From assembly GCA_964106915.2 (NCBI GenBank), contig OZ066917.1: a stretch of 64,000 nucleotides of DNA; one strand, written 5' to 3'. The DNA is from Podarcis gaigeae (Eukaryota). The position numbers and the translations under genes were made by a program. Below are positions 62,300 through 64,000 of this stretch, one piece after another (within the stretch, counting starts at the first letter, position 1; each line of letters opens with the position of its first letter). The notes under the pieces were generated by a model, which saw only the letters and a list, made by a program, of their open reading frames with translations, was not told where the DNA came from and ran no database searches.

Positions 62300-63240
62300 A
62301 TGCCACCATATCATAAAATATAGCAAGGTGTACACTTTAAAACATCATTTAAAACTAAAAATAAATGAATAAAAGCATAATCATTCAAGTGAACTGGCTA
62401 ATCAAAGTCTTCCAAGGCCTGGCAGCACAAAAAAACCCTCTTCAGAAGTCAAAAGTGAAGGTGTCTGCTGAACCTCTGCTGGAAATGTTCCACAGCATGG
62501 GACCCACAACACTAAATGCCCAACTTCTAGTTGAGGCTGACTAGAACTCTGTAAAATGGGAGACAACAAACAGCACTCCTCCATGTGATCTCAGGGATCA
62601 AGATGGGATATAAGAAGTCGGGTGGTCCTTAGGGTACCTTGGGCTCAAGTTGTTTTGTACATCAACACAAAAACCTTGAACATAGCCAAGTAGTATATGG
62701 GCAATCAGTGCAAACATATTTAGGTGTCACCTGCTGCTGGCCACCTGCCACCCATCAACTGTCTAGCTACAGTTCCCATGACAACAGGTGCTAGCTAGGA
62801 ATGATAGGAGCTGTAGTCCAAAAAACAGCCGGGGACCTGCTTGGGAGACACTGGTCTGGCCACTTAATTCTGAACCAGCTGGAGCTTCCAGACAAGGCCC
62901 TAACACAAAGCACATTGCAGTAATCCAGTCTTGGGGTTACTATAACAAAGTTATCCGAATCTAGTTACAGCCATGGCTGGCGCACCAAACTAAGGGTCAC
63001 TTGGGAGAAATACATACCTACAAGTACCCCCAAGCCATGCACCTGTTCCTTTAGAGGGAGTGCAACCCAACCCAGAACAGGTAACTCTCCTATCGTCTGG
63101 GCAATGGAACCACCCAAAGCCCCTGTCATCCAGTCCACCACTGCATTAAGGCACTGGTCCAGAGCTTGCAGCCTCTCAATTTAAATGTTATGAAGAAATA
63201 GAGCTATGTGCCATCAGCGTGCTGCTAGCACTGTGCTCCC
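62300..63240 (-). mobile_element. Old L2-like LINE remnant with embedded MITE fragment
   Basis: Reverse-strand RLDYCNVLC and YADGT-like motifs; degenerate. Confidence 0.5.
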
Positions 63241-64000
63241 AAATATCTAATGTTTGGCTTCACATTTTTAAAATATTTTAAGCATGGTTTATTAATTGTT
63301 GTCCTATCTTTTAATAGAAGAGCCTCCATAGAAAGTCTTTTTGAGTGGGAAACATGTCAGGCACTAATAAAAAGTATCACTCTTCAGCATGTTTGAGATT
63401 GAGTCCCCTTTTTGGTCATTTCAATGGATGCTTGTTTTTCATGTCTATTTCTGAAGAGAAGTAAGAGTCACTGGGTTTAATTCCTTTTTTAATCCTTGTG
63501 TTATAGCTGTAAAATGGAACTAGTAATGCTGCCATGTGAAAGATTTGACTAGCAGTTTACAGCGTAGCTCGTTGAATTATCTGTTTTGTGTGTCAATCGG
63601 TGCCCTGGATTGACCAACTGCCCTTGTTTAAGCTTTACTGCCCACCATCTATTATATATTTTGGGAAATAGCTTGTATCTGTCCTCAGCCGTCACCAAAT
63701 TCGGCGTGAGGGTTCCCAAGGCGGAGCCAGCAGTCTTTGTCAATGTTTAGTCAGCAGCCACCATTTTGAATCAAGATGGCAGACCAAAATGTCACTTTGG
63801 TGTGTCTTCACAACCCCACACATGGATTCAGGGTCAAGTCAGGTGTTCCCTGAGTTGGGTGGGTGGATGCACACACCCCTAAATTATGCCGTTACACCAT
63901 CCATTTAAAAATCATGATTTTATTTTTTTGTTTCTTTGAATTCTTAGGCAGCACCAGGCACTTCCTGCTAATCTCAAAGTGTTTTCTATCATGACAATAT

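Noticed and set aside
60100-64000. ZMYM2 promoter or CpG island
   Set aside because: No CpG island is seen; the transcription start is probably outside the window.

Overview
Vertebrate genomic DNA, almost certainly from a squamate (lizard) given its Sauria SINEs and lizard-type MITEs, LINEs and Penelope fragments. The window holds the complete coding span of one minus-strand gene, ZMYM2 (ZNF198; MYM/FCS zinc fingers, a Pro/Val-rich region, and a C-terminal DUF3504 domain). I resolved 22 GT-AG coding exons from 57379 to the stop at 8294 (3996 nt, about 1331 aa) with consistent phases. The promoter and first exon are not evident and probably lie beyond the right edge. The rest is intron or 3' flank with many TE remnants, and nearly all other ORFs in the six-frame track are noise. 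I found no new multi-gene system. The most notable observations are: (1) loss of the human-type start codon, with an in-frame stop and a possible in-frame uORF from an upstream exon; (2) a 261-nt in-frame exitron candidate in the large first coding exon; (3) a diverged copy of that segment pasted into the upstream intron next to two perfect hairpins; (4) inverted Sauria SINEs bracketing two exons that would back-splice into a stop-free 246-nt circle; (5) an 84-bp spacerless palindrome inside a (TA)n tract. Comparisons with human ZMYM2 are from memory and need checking by alignment.
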